From a virus, in IMG/VR virus record IMGVR_UViG_3300048913_000097: DNA of 50,010 nucleotides; one strand, 5' to 3'. The notes under the pieces were generated by a model. That model was not told where the DNA came from. It saw only the letters and a list, made by a program, of their open reading frames with translations, and searched no databases. The position numbers and the translations under genes were made by a program. Below, piece after piece: positions 1 through 7,831 of this stretch (position 1 is its first letter; the number at the start of each line of letters is the position of its first letter).

Positions 1-127
1 GTGCACCATGAACGCTCAAACATTAGCAGTGGACTTCACCAACATCGCACGCAAAGCCAAAGGCGTGGAAAGCGCCGCAAACGGGATGTTCTCGACCTTG
101 AAGGCTGAGGACGTTGCCGACCTGGGT
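1..127. repeat. Exact terminal duplication, copy 1 (identical to 49884..50010)
   Basis: Hand alignment: bases 1-127 recur base-for-base as the last 127 nt of the window. The non-redundant unit is 49,883 bp. Confidence 0.95.
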
Positions 128-574
128 CACTTCAACGAGGTGGTTCGGGACGCCTTCAAAATCAACGGGTGGAGTCAGACAGCGGGTCGCCCCGTGGCAG
201 GCTCGAAAGAGAAGCCAGCACCCGACGCAGTGAAACTCTACGTGTCAACCTTCCGAGCCGCTTACCGCCTGGGTCTTGACGTACTCAGCTTTGAGACGGT
301 CGGGGCGATGCGTACGACCATCCGTGAGATACGCGCAGCCTCGCACCAGCGCAAGCTTGCCGAGCCGCCAGCGCCGTCGCGCCCTGAGATGGAAGGTGTG
401 GACGTCAAAGGTCCCGACAGCCTCATAGGCGCCTTGTGGCATGATGCGATGCTACTCGCTGAGAAGATCCCCACCGATCATCAGCAAGAGATGGAACGCG
501 AAGTACGCATGGTTATGCAGCGGTTCCTTCGATTCGCACCACCTGAGCTCACACTGGTCCCTGCGGCGGCGTGA
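8..574 (+). CDS. Hypothetical protein, 188 aa (largest gene of plus-strand island I)
   Basis: Long ORF. GAGG lies 9 nt upstream of the ATG, visible in the duplicated copy (49878-49881, ATG 49891). No motif I recognise. Confidence 0.75.
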   Translation: MNAQTLAVDFTNIARKAKGVESAANGMFSTLKAEDVADLGHFNEVVRDAFKINGWSQTAGRPVAGSKEKPAPDAVKLYVSTFRAAYRLGLDVLSFETVGAMRTTIREIRAASHQRKLAEPPAPSRPEMEGVDVKGPDSLIGALWHDAMLLAEKIPTDHQQEMEREVRMVMQRFLRFAPPELTLVPAAA

Positions 575-585
575 TAATAATTATA

Positions 586-614
586 TTGACAGGCTCGTCA
601 TTATGATCCACAGT
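586..614 (+). promoter_or_regulatory. Sigma70-like promoter with variant dyad (TTGACA-N17-CACAGT)
   Basis: TTGACA 586-591, 17-nt spacer, CACAGT 609-614. TGACA-ggct-CGTCA (587-600) is a one-base variant of the TGACG-N4-CGTCA family. Confidence 0.45.
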
Positions 615-645
615 GACTCCATCGAACCCCAACCGATGGAGTCAC
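613..645 (+). promoter_or_regulatory. Perfect 12-bp stem / 9-nt loop hairpin covering the RBS of 650..862
   Basis: GTGACTCCATCG (613-624), loop aaccccaac, CGATGGAGTCAC (634-645). The 3' arm contains GGAG 638-641, 8 nt before ATG 650. Confidence 0.6.
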
Positions 646-649
646 AACC

Positions 650-862
650 ATGAAATACTTCCTGTCTGACATCGCTGGCACTGTTTACGAGATCGTCACC
701 GGTCAAAGTTTCACGCAGCGTCTGATCCGTCGCAAAGTCGGCAACGTGTTCCGTCGGTTGAAGGGTGAAGCGCCACGCCGGAGCTGGGAAGACGGTCGCG
801 TCAACAAACCAAGCGTCGAAGAATGTCAGCGACTGAAAGACGAAGCGGGGCGGTCGGTATGA
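650..862 (+). CDS. Hypothetical protein, 70 aa
   Basis: GGAG 8 nt upstream. The stop overlaps the next ATG (ATGA at 859-862). Confidence 0.65.
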   Translation: MKYFLSDIAGTVYEIVTGQSFTQRLIRRKVGNVFRRLKGEAPRRSWEDGRVNKPSVEECQRLKDEAGRSV

Positions 863-993
863 TCGCGCTACTGGCACTAAGGTTCTTCGTCCTGCGCGAG
901 AACAAGTCGACCAAACCCAAGCCTGTGTATCACCAGACGTGGCCTGACGAAGTCCCAGGTTATCCAGCATCCGCATACGTGAGGGGTTTATGA
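859..993 (+). CDS. Hypothetical small protein, 44 aa, hydrophobic N-terminus (MIALLALRFFVL...)
   Basis: Below the ORF-track cutoff. ATG 859 overlaps the upstream stop, and its own TGA (991-993) overlaps the next ATG 990. ATGA coupling on both sides. Confidence 0.5.
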   Translation: MIALLALRFFVLRENKSTKPKPVYHQTWPDEVPGYPASAYVRGL

Positions 994-1181
994 CTAACGC
1001 GACCATAACGTTCAAGGGTGCCAGTCGTGCGACGCTGTCAAAGATCGCACGTGACGCGCTCCAGGCTGCCGGGTTCGTGTGCAGCGACATGTTCTACAAC
1101 GACGCACATCAGAACGAGAGTTTCGTTGTGCAGAACCCACGTCGTACGATTAAGGACGCAGCGGCTGTTAAACCGCAATAG
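990..1181 (+). CDS. Hypothetical protein, 63 aa
   Basis: ATGA coupling to the upstream ORF. GAGGGG lies 5 nt upstream. The gene ends 14 nt inside the convergent gene 1168..1590. Confidence 0.6.
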   Translation: MTNATITFKGASRATLSKIARDALQAAGFVCSDMFYNDAHQNESFVVQNPRRTIKDAAAVKPQ

Positions 1182-1590
1182 CGCCCATGCCAGCGCGACG
1201 ACGCAGGCGATAGAACTGCTGACCGTACACTGTGAAGGTCAACCAGTCGTCGCCCACGTCCATCATCTTAGGTACCCGATACGCGATAGCCTCATCACCT
1301 ACTGACTTGCTGGCGACGTTCAACCGCGCCTCAGAGTTGGGATCAGCGGTCACACCGGTTGTGCCGTAGTTCGTCGCGAGCCAGTGCGCAGCGAAGTAGA
1401 ACATTCCACGCCGCTTGAAGTTGTGGCACTCGTCCTCGTACGCACCCCAGCGACTCGAACCCGTCTCGGCGTCAGCCTCGCACAATGCACAACTGATCAG
1501 CGCGTCGGGCCATTTGGTAACGTCGGAGAACGCGAAGAATTCAGCCCGGAAGCTGTCGATCATTGCCTGGGTGATGACCACGGTGGCCAC
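1168..1590 (-). CDS. Head-tail connector/adaptor, DUF4054-like
   Basis: The segment ...[11 protein letters not shown]...[13 protein letters not shown] resembles DUF4054 phage proteins (from memory). It sits at the end of the head module. The start is GTG 1590. An alternative GTG at 1581 has AGGAG 8 nt upstream. Confidence 0.7.
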   Translation of the reverse strand: MATVVITQAMIDSFRAEFFAFSDVTKWPDALISCALCEADAETGSSRWGAYEDECHNFKRRGMFYFAAHWLATNYGTTGVTADPNSEARLNVASKSVGDEAIAYRVPKMMDVGDDWLTFTVYGQQFYRLRRRAGMGAIAV

Positions 1591-1631
1591 TCCTATGTGT
1601 CGTTGCGCTACAGAATAGCATGACAGACGGT

Positions 1632-1666
1632 AAAAACCCCAGTCGCACCGGTTAAAGTGGCTGGGG
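1632..1666 (-). terminator. Candidate intrinsic terminator (minus strand)
   Basis: Minus strand reads CCCCAG-18 nt-CTGGGG followed by TTTTT. The loop is large, so the call is weak. Confidence 0.4.
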
Positions 1667-1815
1667 TAGGGGTTACGGTTTACTCAAACATCTCAGGCGC
1701 TTTGATCCACGTTGGCGCGATGATCTGGTCGCGAAGAAGGACGACCGCTAAACCTGTGATGCATTCCGAGCCGTAACGGCATTGCTGGCGCTGGTTGATG
1801 CAATTGACATTACCG

Positions 1816-2127
1816 TCACACGTTGACTTTGTCAATCTCGGTGCGGATCTTGTCGGCGTTCCAGGTTTTCTTGACGTCGATACCGAGCAGCAGCGCTTCG
1901 TTACGCAGCGCTTCGAGATTATCGTCGCCGTCGGTATCAGCCGGGGTCATGCGGGTCAGGTCGCCAGTATTGAGCAGGTTTTTCACGAAGTCGGATTTGC
2001 ACAGCTCATCCGGTACTTCGACCGCTGGGTTTTCACCGGGCTTGATGTCGAAGAATGTGGTGTAACCACCGTCGGTCATCGGGGCGTTGATGGTGATCAG
2101 TCGGCTCGAATTGTTTCGCAGCAGCAT
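1816..2127 (-). CDS. Hypothetical protein, 103 aa, with C-terminal HeH/SAP-like motif
   Basis: GAGG 9 nt upstream. The C-terminus LEALRNEALLLGIDVKKTWNADKIRTEI looks like a Rho-N/HeH helix-extension-helix motif. Confidence 0.7.
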   Translation of the reverse strand: MLLRNNSSRLITINAPMTDGGYTTFFDIKPGENPAVEVPDELCKSDFVKNLLNTGDLTRMTPADTDGDDNLEALRNEALLLGIDVKKTWNADKIRTEIDKVNV

Positions 2128-2155
2128 GTGGTGTTACCTCGTTTCAGGTTGGGAA

Positions 2156-2737
2156 TTATTGTACATCAGTTTTGCGGTAACCGGCGTCGTAGAGTGCTTG
2201 GCAGCCATCCTTGACGTGGCCTTCATAGTTCGACTTGTAGACCGCTGCCATTTCGTCGATTGCTTTCAGGCGCTCTTCCGCCGCGATCTGCTCAGGCGTT
2301 CGGATTGGGCGGAAAGAACAGTTTCGCGGATGATGAACGTGTTCACATTTATCACCACCGATGATTACAGTGCAGTCGCTAACGTAGCGAATATCACCAA
2401 CCGCCCATTGTCCTTCCGGTGACGGCGGTGAACTGTGTTTCATAAACTCACACACCGTCCCAACCGGCGGCAGTTCTTCGCCGTTCCATTCGGTAACCTT
2501 CGGCTCATTCACCGCATCAACTGCGACCTGCCATTCGGCGCGGGTGACGACCGGGTACGGGTCACGCTCAGAGTGATGAGTTTCAAGGTCAACTTTTGGC
2601 GCAAGCGAATGCGCCCCCATCGGATGATCTTCAGGAAAGCTTTGGTACAGCTCGTTATCAACCTGCGATTGAGTCAGCTGCTCAACACCTTCCGGCCACT
2701 CCTTCAGCTCTCGCGCCAAAATATCAATCAGTTTCAT
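2156..2737 (-). CDS. Hypothetical protein, 193 aa
   Basis: GGGAGGG 8 nt upstream of the ATG. It is the first gene after promoter 2773..2801. Confidence 0.8.
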   Translation of the reverse strand: MKLIDILARELKEWPEGVEQLTQSQVDNELYQSFPEDHPMGAHSLAPKVDLETHHSERDPYPVVTRAEWQVAVDAVNEPKVTEWNGEELPPVGTVCEFMKHSSPPSPEGQWAVGDIRYVSDCTVIIGGDKCEHVHHPRNCSFRPIRTPEQIAAEERLKAIDEMAAVYKSNYEGHVKDGCQALYDAGYRKTDVQ

Positions 2738-2772
2738 ATCCGCAACCCTCCCAAACTGTTATGTGTCGGGTA

Positions 2773-2801
2773 ATCCTGCACCACTGTGACGAGTCCGTCA
2801 A
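2773..2801 (-). promoter_or_regulatory. Operator-promoter: TTGACG-N17-CAGGAT with TGACG-N4-CGTCA dyad (2787-2800)
   Basis: Minus strand reads TTGACGgactcgtcacagtggtgCAGGAT. It lies directly after the capsid-gene terminator. Confidence 0.5.
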
Positions 2802-2813
2802 TACCCGAGCATG

Positions 2814-2833
2814 AAAAACCCGCCGAAGCGGGT
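2814..2833 (-). terminator. Intrinsic terminator after the major capsid gene
   Basis: Minus strand reads ACCCGC-ttcg-GCGGGT followed by TTTTT, 14 nt after the capsid stop. Confidence 0.75.
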
Positions 2834-2846
2834 CAATCATTACACC

Positions 2847-3878
2847 TTAGATCGAGTCACGGTAAGCCGCGCTGAACGGGTAGCGGAACTCCACGCCGGA
2901 CAGCTTGTACTCGGCAGGGATGAACACGTTCAGGCCGCGCATTTGTGGAGCCAGTGCGCGCCATGGGATCGGGTTCACCATGCCCAGGTTTTCGTCGTTC
3001 AGTTCGTACGCCAGCATACGATCCTTCGAGCCGTTCGACACGCCACCGATGGCGAGTTGAGCGGCGGACAGTTGCAGGCGTGGAACCACGCGCAGCGCCT
3101 GACCGGTGAGGTTGGTGTACAGGTTGTTGCGCAGGAAGAACTCCAGCACGGTGGTGTCAGTACCGGTTTCCATACGTTTGGTGGAGATGAACGAGTAACG
3201 CGCCGAGTCCATGACCAGAACGTTCGGAACGTGCACGTTGGCCGAGTTGATCCATACCTTAGTCAGCAGGGTGTTCATGTCCTGAACGATCTGGTTACCA
3301 GTGGTGGCGGCGTTGTACCAGTCGACAGTCGACGAATCGAGTGCCAAGTTGGCGTTATTGAACAGACCGGTCATCTGGCGAGAGGCGTCACCGAAGTAAG
3401 CCACGCGCTGGGTGTGTTCCTGCGAACCACGGAATGCCGCCTGAGCCTTGGTGGTGTCCAGCGGGATACGCAGTTGCTGGGACTTACGCAGCTCGTCCAG
3501 GCTGTAATCGTAGCTGTTACCAGCGTAGCCGATTGGCACCGAGGACTTGTTTGCAGCGATGGCAACGTTCGGCAGGTCATCGGCGCTAGAACCGATGAAT
3601 TTACCAATGGTGACCGCGTCGTACGAGATGTAATCCCACGAATCGGCCCATTCAGGAACGTTCGTGTTGATTGGTACCAGTTCAGCAAAGCTGATCGCGG
3701 TGTATTTCGACTGATAAATCTTAGCTTCAAGATTCGCCAGTTGCGAAATGTAGAACGCCAGACCATCGTCCACGGTCGGGAGACCGTCAGTGAACGTAAT
3801 CTGGTGACCTTTTGGCAGACCGTTGCGCTCAGCGTATGCGTCAGCTACGGCTACAGAAATCTTAGTGCGCTGAGTCAT
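2847..3878 (-). CDS. Major capsid protein (DUF2184-type)
   Basis: 343 aa. LAFYISQLANLEAKIYQSKY...ELVPI...DDLPNV matches my recollection of the DUF2184 capsid family. It follows the scaffold and decoration genes and is followed by a strong terminator. Confidence 0.88.
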   Translation of the reverse strand: MTQRTKISVAVADAYAERNGLPKGHQITFTDGLPTVDDGLAFYISQLANLEAKIYQSKYTAISFAELVPINTNVPEWADSWDYISYDAVTIGKFIGSSADDLPNVAIAANKSSVPIGYAGNSYDYSLDELRKSQQLRIPLDTTKAQAAFRGSQEHTQRVAYFGDASRQMTGLFNNANLALDSSTVDWYNAATTGNQIVQDMNTLLTKVWINSANVHVPNVLVMDSARYSFISTKRMETGTDTTVLEFFLRNNLYTNLTGQALRVVPRLQLSAAQLAIGGVSNGSKDRMLAYELNDENLGMVNPIPWRALAPQMRGLNVFIPAEYKLSGVEFRYPFSAAYRDSI

Positions 3879-3880
3879 GA

Positions 3881-4378
3881 TCAGCCCCCAATGTTCAGAG
3901 TGATTTTAGCCAGCGCACCGGCACCTGCCGAACTGGTCCATTTGGCGTCCGGCACTTGAACGGCCAGGGTCGCAGCAGCGCCGACAACGTTCGAGAACTG
4001 ACCCTGGTTAGTACCAGTACCATCGCCGATGACCACCCATACCGGGTCGTCTTTGGTTACGGCCACACGGGCAGTTACCCATATCTCGCCGCTGGTAACA
4101 ACGGTCATGTCGCGCTTAGCGGTGGCGCCTACCACATCGGTAGCTGTGTAAGCGCGATTCAGTTCACGCTTGATCACGCCGATGAAGTTCGCAGCGGTCG
4201 AGGTCGATACGGGTAATTTCGCACCGTCATCACCATCGGTCACTACGCCTAGGCCGAACGCAAGGTTCACCGTACCCTTGTTGAGCTTCGATACGCTGTT
4301 CAGCAGTTGGAACCCGGTGGAGACCATGCCCGCATACGCGACGCCGTGGTTAATCGCATTGCCGCCTTGTACGCTCAT
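3881..4378 (-). CDS. Head decoration/cement-like protein
   Basis: 165 aa, Gly/Ala/Thr/Val-rich, lying between the scaffold and capsid genes. The stop of the upstream gene overlaps its start. The family assignment is tentative. Confidence 0.6.
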   Translation of the reverse strand: MSVQGGNAINHGVAYAGMVSTGFQLLNSVSKLNKGTVNLAFGLGVVTDGDDGAKLPVSTSTAANFIGVIKRELNRAYTATDVVGATAKRDMTVVTSGEIWVTARVAVTKDDPVWVVIGDGTGTNQGQFSNVVGAAATLAVQVPDAKWTSSAGAGALAKITLNIGG

Positions 4379-5517
4379 TGCTGCGCTCCTTTCCAGGCGT
4401 TGGCCTGAGATTCTTTGTAGGTGGTGTACGCGTCGGCGACCGGTACGCTGTCAGCGGTAGACTTGCCCGACGCGTCCTTGGCCAGAGCCAACAACTGACT
4501 CAGCACGGTCGCGGTGTCACCGGTAACAGTTGTCGTGACATCAGTTCCGGTCGGCTCGGCTTCAGCAGCCATGTCGAACGATGCCTGAATGTACGCCGGG
4601 GACTTCGCAGCCCAGTCAACGGATGGACGCTTGACCAGCAGAGCGGCGCGCATCACTTCGGTCGGGTCGACGCTGTCGCAGGTGAACGCATCGCCAGCCA
4701 CTTTACGAGCGGTGGTGTTCAGCGCACCCAGGGCGGCCACACGGGACTTGATCGCGTCGTCGCTGCCCAGCGCCAGAGCGGCGGACAATTTCTCGGCGTT
4801 ACCGTCGGCAGTCGCTTGAGCTTTCTCGGCGGCAGCTTCAGCAGTGGTTGCGCGCAGGGTGAGTCGGTCGAACGCGTCGGCGACTACCTGAGCATTTGCA
4901 GGATCAGCAACATCAACGCTGCGCCCGCTATCAGTGGTAATGAGTACAGGCATTGTGTTGCCTCCAGAGTGGGTATGGTCGAACACACGGGCTTGAGAGC
5001 CCGCTCTAGCATTATACACAGCCGCGACATGGTTGATCTTAATGTCGGTTTGAGTGTAATCGTAGGGCTCACCCTCGGGTGTGATACCCGGAGTGTCATC
5101 GTAAACGGCGGTATAGCCAGATGATAGTTCGCACTTGCCCGCGTTGATCGCGTTGATCGCGTCAGCATCCTGAAAAATCAGATCGCATTTAACGAAATCG
5201 CCATCCTGCACACCGACACCACGGACGACGCCGACGGCGACCTTCTTGTAATTGGTGCTATTAACAAGGCCCGCAGGGTGGTCAATGGTGATTACCGCAC
5301 CGTCAAACGACGATAGGGATTCGCTTTTAAACACCTCGGAAGGTGGGCGATACACACGGACAACCCGATTCGGGTCACCGGGCAAACCCAGTTCGCGTGC
5401 GAGATATTCTTGAATACCGGTGCGGGCGACACGGCCTGGAACGCGCAAGAAACCCTCGTCAGTATACTCACGATGGGTGATTTTATGGCTTGCGCGATCA
5501 TTGATGGTCAGTAGCAC
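4375..5517 (-). CDS. Scaffold / prohead core protein (DUF2213-type)
   Basis: The N-terminus YTDEGFLRVPGRVARTGIQEY...VRVYRPPSEVF...ITIDHP is characteristic of DUF2213. The Ala-rich C-terminal half is predicted helical. GTG start. Confidence 0.8.
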   Translation of the reverse strand: MLLTINDRASHKITHREYTDEGFLRVPGRVARTGIQEYLARELGLPGDPNRVVRVYRPPSEVFKSESLSSFDGAVITIDHPAGLVNSTNYKKVAVGVVRGVGVQDGDFVKCDLIFQDADAINAINAGKCELSSGYTAVYDDTPGITPEGEPYDYTQTDIKINHVAAVYNARAGSQARVFDHTHSGGNTMPVLITTDSGRSVDVADPANAQVVADAFDRLTLRATTAEAAAEKAQATADGNAEKLSAALALGSDDAIKSRVAALGALNTTARKVAGDAFTCDSVDPTEVMRAALLVKRPSVDWAAKSPAYIQASFDMAAEAEPTGTDVTTTVTGDTATVLSQLLALAKDASGKSTADSVPVADAYTTYKESQANAWKGAQQ

Positions 5518-5546
5518 GGTGTCAGCCTATGAATGTGACTGCACGC

Positions 5547-5574
5547 ATACTATCACGACGTTACGGATTATCAA
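5547..5574 (-). promoter_or_regulatory. Possible sigma70 promoter re-starting transcription into the scaffold gene
   Basis: Minus strand reads TTGATA-N16-TAGTAT, inside the last codons and 3' flank of the HNH gene. Confidence 0.3.
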
Positions 5575-6385
5575 ACTTGTTGCGTTTCGCAAAATTGTCT
5601 TCAGCCCATAACGGTTGAAGGTTGGATAATGCGTTCACGATGGCTGGATCGGTGACACCTTCAGCAACAAAAAGCGATACGGGTCGGATGTGGTCGATGT
5701 GCCAATCACCGTAGTTCGACCAACTCATCCCGCCGGTGAAAAGGGATGTCATGTAATCCATTAATTCGATACCGGTGTAGCCGAGTAGTGTGCTTGATCG
5801 ACCAACCTTCCGATTCTGACCCGCCGCCAGTACTCGTTTGAGCATATTGCGAGCTGCTGTCGCGGCTTTGTATCCCGGGTCAGTTGCGTAACGCCGACGT
5901 TGGTTTTCAACATTCTTCGCGATCATGTGAGAACGATTCGTCTGGTGGTAATCGGCCTTCATCGCTTTGTAATCTGGGCATAACCGCTTCAATGTCATGC
6001 AGTCGAGGCACTGGTTATTCGCCGTAGATCGCTCACCCCTATGACCCCGCTTGCACAGCACACCTTCGTTGTAACGGGTTAGACTCTGGGCGAGTGCATC
6101 AACTCGCGAGACGAATAACTCACCCACCGCGATACGATTTTGTTCGGCTTTATCTTTACGCCTGTCGGCTCGTGCCTGGGCTTGTCTTGCACGTCCGGCT
6201 TTGTAGACTTCGCCTTTGCGATACTCGACACCCATTTGTTTTGTTTCGTTGAGTGCATCGTACTCGCGCTTGATCTGGTTTTTACACGACTTACAGCGAT
6301 TATCAACCCCGCGTCCACACTTCTTGTTTCTGTGGAATTCCGTCAACGGTTTTTCGATACCGCATTTCACGCACGTCTTTGTCAT
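5561..6385 (-). CDS. HNH homing-endonuclease-like protein
   Basis: The C-terminus HIDHIRPVSLF...NLQPLWAEDNFAKRNK is an HNH motif. The N-terminal half carries CxxC...CxxC zinc-ribbon repeats. The start is set at ATG 6385, which has GAGGGCGGG upstream. The longer track ORF (to 6616) would cover the plus-strand promoter and gene. Confidence 0.85.
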   Translation of the reverse strand: MTKTCVKCGIEKPLTEFHRNKKCGRGVDNRCKSCKNQIKREYDALNETKQMGVEYRKGEVYKAGRARQAQARADRRKDKAEQNRIAVGELFVSRVDALAQSLTRYNEGVLCKRGHRGERSTANNQCLDCMTLKRLCPDYKAMKADYHQTNRSHMIAKNVENQRRRYATDPGYKAATAARNMLKRVLAAGQNRKVGRSSTLLGYTGIELMDYMTSLFTGGMSWSNYGDWHIDHIRPVSLFVAEGVTDPAIVNALSNLQPLWAEDNFAKRNKFDNP

Positions 6386-6432
6386 TGATCCCGCCCTCGC
6401 AATATTTACCAAACAATAACGTGTGCGAAGGG

Positions 6433-6461
6433 TTGACGCAACTTGTATCGACTGACAATAT
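6433..6461 (+). promoter_or_regulatory. Sigma70-like promoter TTGACG-N17-CAATAT
   Basis: TTGACG 6433-6438, CAATAT 6456-6461. It points into 6492..6791. Confidence 0.5.
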
Positions 6462-6474
6462 GACGAAAACGTCA
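6461..6474. promoter_or_regulatory. TGACG-aaaa-CGTCA dyad placed at the -10/+1 of promoter 6433
   Basis: Exact palindrome. This is the only copy not fused to its own -35. Confidence 0.55.
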
Positions 6475-6491
6475 ATGAGGTGACATCAACG

Positions 6492-6791
6492 ATGGAAGGT
6501 ATGAAATTTGATAGCGGGAAACCGCTGATGAGCCTCATCCCGGCGAGAGCAGAAACGGCAATGGCTGAGGTTTTGACGTTTGGTGCGACGAAGTATGGTC
6601 CCGACAACTGGCGCAAAGTTGCGAATGGTGACCAACGTTACTTGGACGCGCTCATGCGCCACGTGAACTCACATCGACGGGGCGAGCTTCTGGACAGTGA
6701 GACCGGTCTCCCTCACCTTGCGCACGCGATGTGCTGTGTGGCGTTCCTGTTGGAGCTGCAACTCAACCCTTACCCTCCTGAAACGCCTTAA
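6492..6791 (+). CDS. dATP/dGTP pyrophosphohydrolase-like protein (DUF5664-type)
   Basis: KFDSGKPLMSLIP...VLTFGATKYGPDNWRK...RHVNSHRRGELLDSETGLPHLAHA matches the DUF5664 phage family as I recall it. The start is ambiguous (GTG 6480, ATG 6492, ATG 6501). Confidence 0.7.
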   Translation: MEGMKFDSGKPLMSLIPARAETAMAEVLTFGATKYGPDNWRKVANGDQRYLDALMRHVNSHRRGELLDSETGLPHLAHAMCCVAFLLELQLNPYPPETP

Positions 6792-7542
6792 CCTTCGAGT
6801 CCGGGACAGCGATTGCGATGCACCTGCATTGATAATCGCTACCCGGCTGAATTGGTTCACCCTTGTCGCTGAGCGGCAAATCGCTCCAGGCGTATACGCC
6901 CTTGCCGAATTCCGTCACCTTGTCCGCGATTTCACGGTGGCGATGGCGCACGCGTTGGTCATGACTGTCGACCCAGCGGAAGTACGAAAATCCTGCAGCG
7001 GTCTGTTTACGCTTATTCAACTCGCCTTGCACTTTGGCATGTTGATCGCGTGCAATCATTTTCGCCCGACGCGCCGTAACGCCGAATTGCTCGCTCAACG
7101 CCTTCTCGATGAACGACGGTCGCATACCGGCGCGCATATTCGCCATGACGATGTTCGACACTTGTTCCAGGTACTGCGCAGGAATCGACGTGATGAGCGT
7201 GGCGTTCTGATAGGTCGCTGCGTCGAGATAGTTGCGCGCCTGTTGCGAGTTGCTAAACACGTCGATACCGAACGACTGTCGCCCACGTGAATTCACACGC
7301 ATCTGTGACTTTACGAACTCCGACGCGATTGATTCGGCTGCTTGACGTGCGGGAGGGGAGAGCCACTTACCGAGCAGGAATTGTAACGCCCTGGCGATGG
7401 TGTCGGCCCAGCCGTCCAGTGTCGGCGTCGAGTCCTGAACGTATTCAGGCGCGTACTGTTTCACGAGCGGAACGATCACCTCGTCGATGTCTTTCCTCAC
7501 CGCCCGGGCGATTCGCTGAAGTGCTGCGTTATATCGAACCAT
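6763..7542 (-). CDS. Head morphogenesis protein (SPP1 gp7 / Mu F-like)
   Basis: 259 aa lying between the portal and scaffold genes. ...YFRWVDSHDQRVRHRHREIADKV... is typical of this family. No SD is visible upstream. Confidence 0.82.
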   Translation of the reverse strand: MVRYNAALQRIARAVRKDIDEVIVPLVKQYAPEYVQDSTPTLDGWADTIARALQFLLGKWLSPPARQAAESIASEFVKSQMRVNSRGRQSFGIDVFSNSQQARNYLDAATYQNATLITSIPAQYLEQVSNIVMANMRAGMRPSFIEKALSEQFGVTARRAKMIARDQHAKVQGELNKRKQTAAGFSYFRWVDSHDQRVRHRHREIADKVTEFGKGVYAWSDLPLSDKGEPIQPGSDYQCRCIAIAVPDSKVKAFQEGKG

Positions 7543-7545
7543 GTG

Positions 7546-7574
7546 TTGACGAGTCCGTCAGAAGGGGTTACAGT
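7546..7574 (+). promoter_or_regulatory. Operator-promoter: TTGACG-N17-TACAGT, dyad 7547-7560
   Basis: TTGACGagtccgtcagaaggggtTACAGT. It points into 7607..8193. Confidence 0.55.
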
Positions 7575-7606
7575 TCGGTTCACATTAACACAACGGAGCG
7601 ACACCC

Positions 7607-7831
7607 ATGCATCACAACGAACTGGTAATCGGCGACAAAGTCAAAGTTGTTTGTGTAAACACGCGTCATCCCCATGAACTCGCATATCGCATCGGTGAGA
7701 TCGGCATTGTCGTAAAAATCGAGGATGACGATACGTGCCAGAACGTGAAATTGGCAATGGACGATGGTGAGGATCTGTACATCTCGACGTTCGAACTTGT
7801 CGCCCGGGCCAAATGGGAGCACGTGCAATGA
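7607..7831 (+). CDS. Hypothetical protein, 74 aa
   Basis: GGAG 8 nt upstream. The gene is antisense to the surrounding late genes. Confidence 0.7.
   Translation: MHHNELVIGDKVKVVCVNTRHPHELAYRIGEIGIVVKIEDDDTCQNVKLAMDDGEDLYISTFELVARAKWEHVQ

Noticed and set aside
581-1090. 169-aa minus-strand ORF
   Set aside because: It is opposite a chain of three plus-strand ORFs linked by ATGA overlaps with RBSs. It would also cover promoter 586 and the 613-645 hairpin.
2811-3959. 382-aa plus-strand ORF
   Set aside because: It lies entirely antisense to the well-supported major capsid and decoration genes. It has no RBS and a low-complexity, Arg/Val/Gly-rich translation typical of shadow ORFs in GC-rich DNA.
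5561-6616. Full-length 351-aa version of the HNH ORF
   Set aside because: The N-terminal 77 codons would overlap the plus-strand promoter and the start of 6492..6791, and they have no RBS. The internal ATG at 6385 has GAGGGCGGG upstream and begins exactly at the first zinc ribbon.
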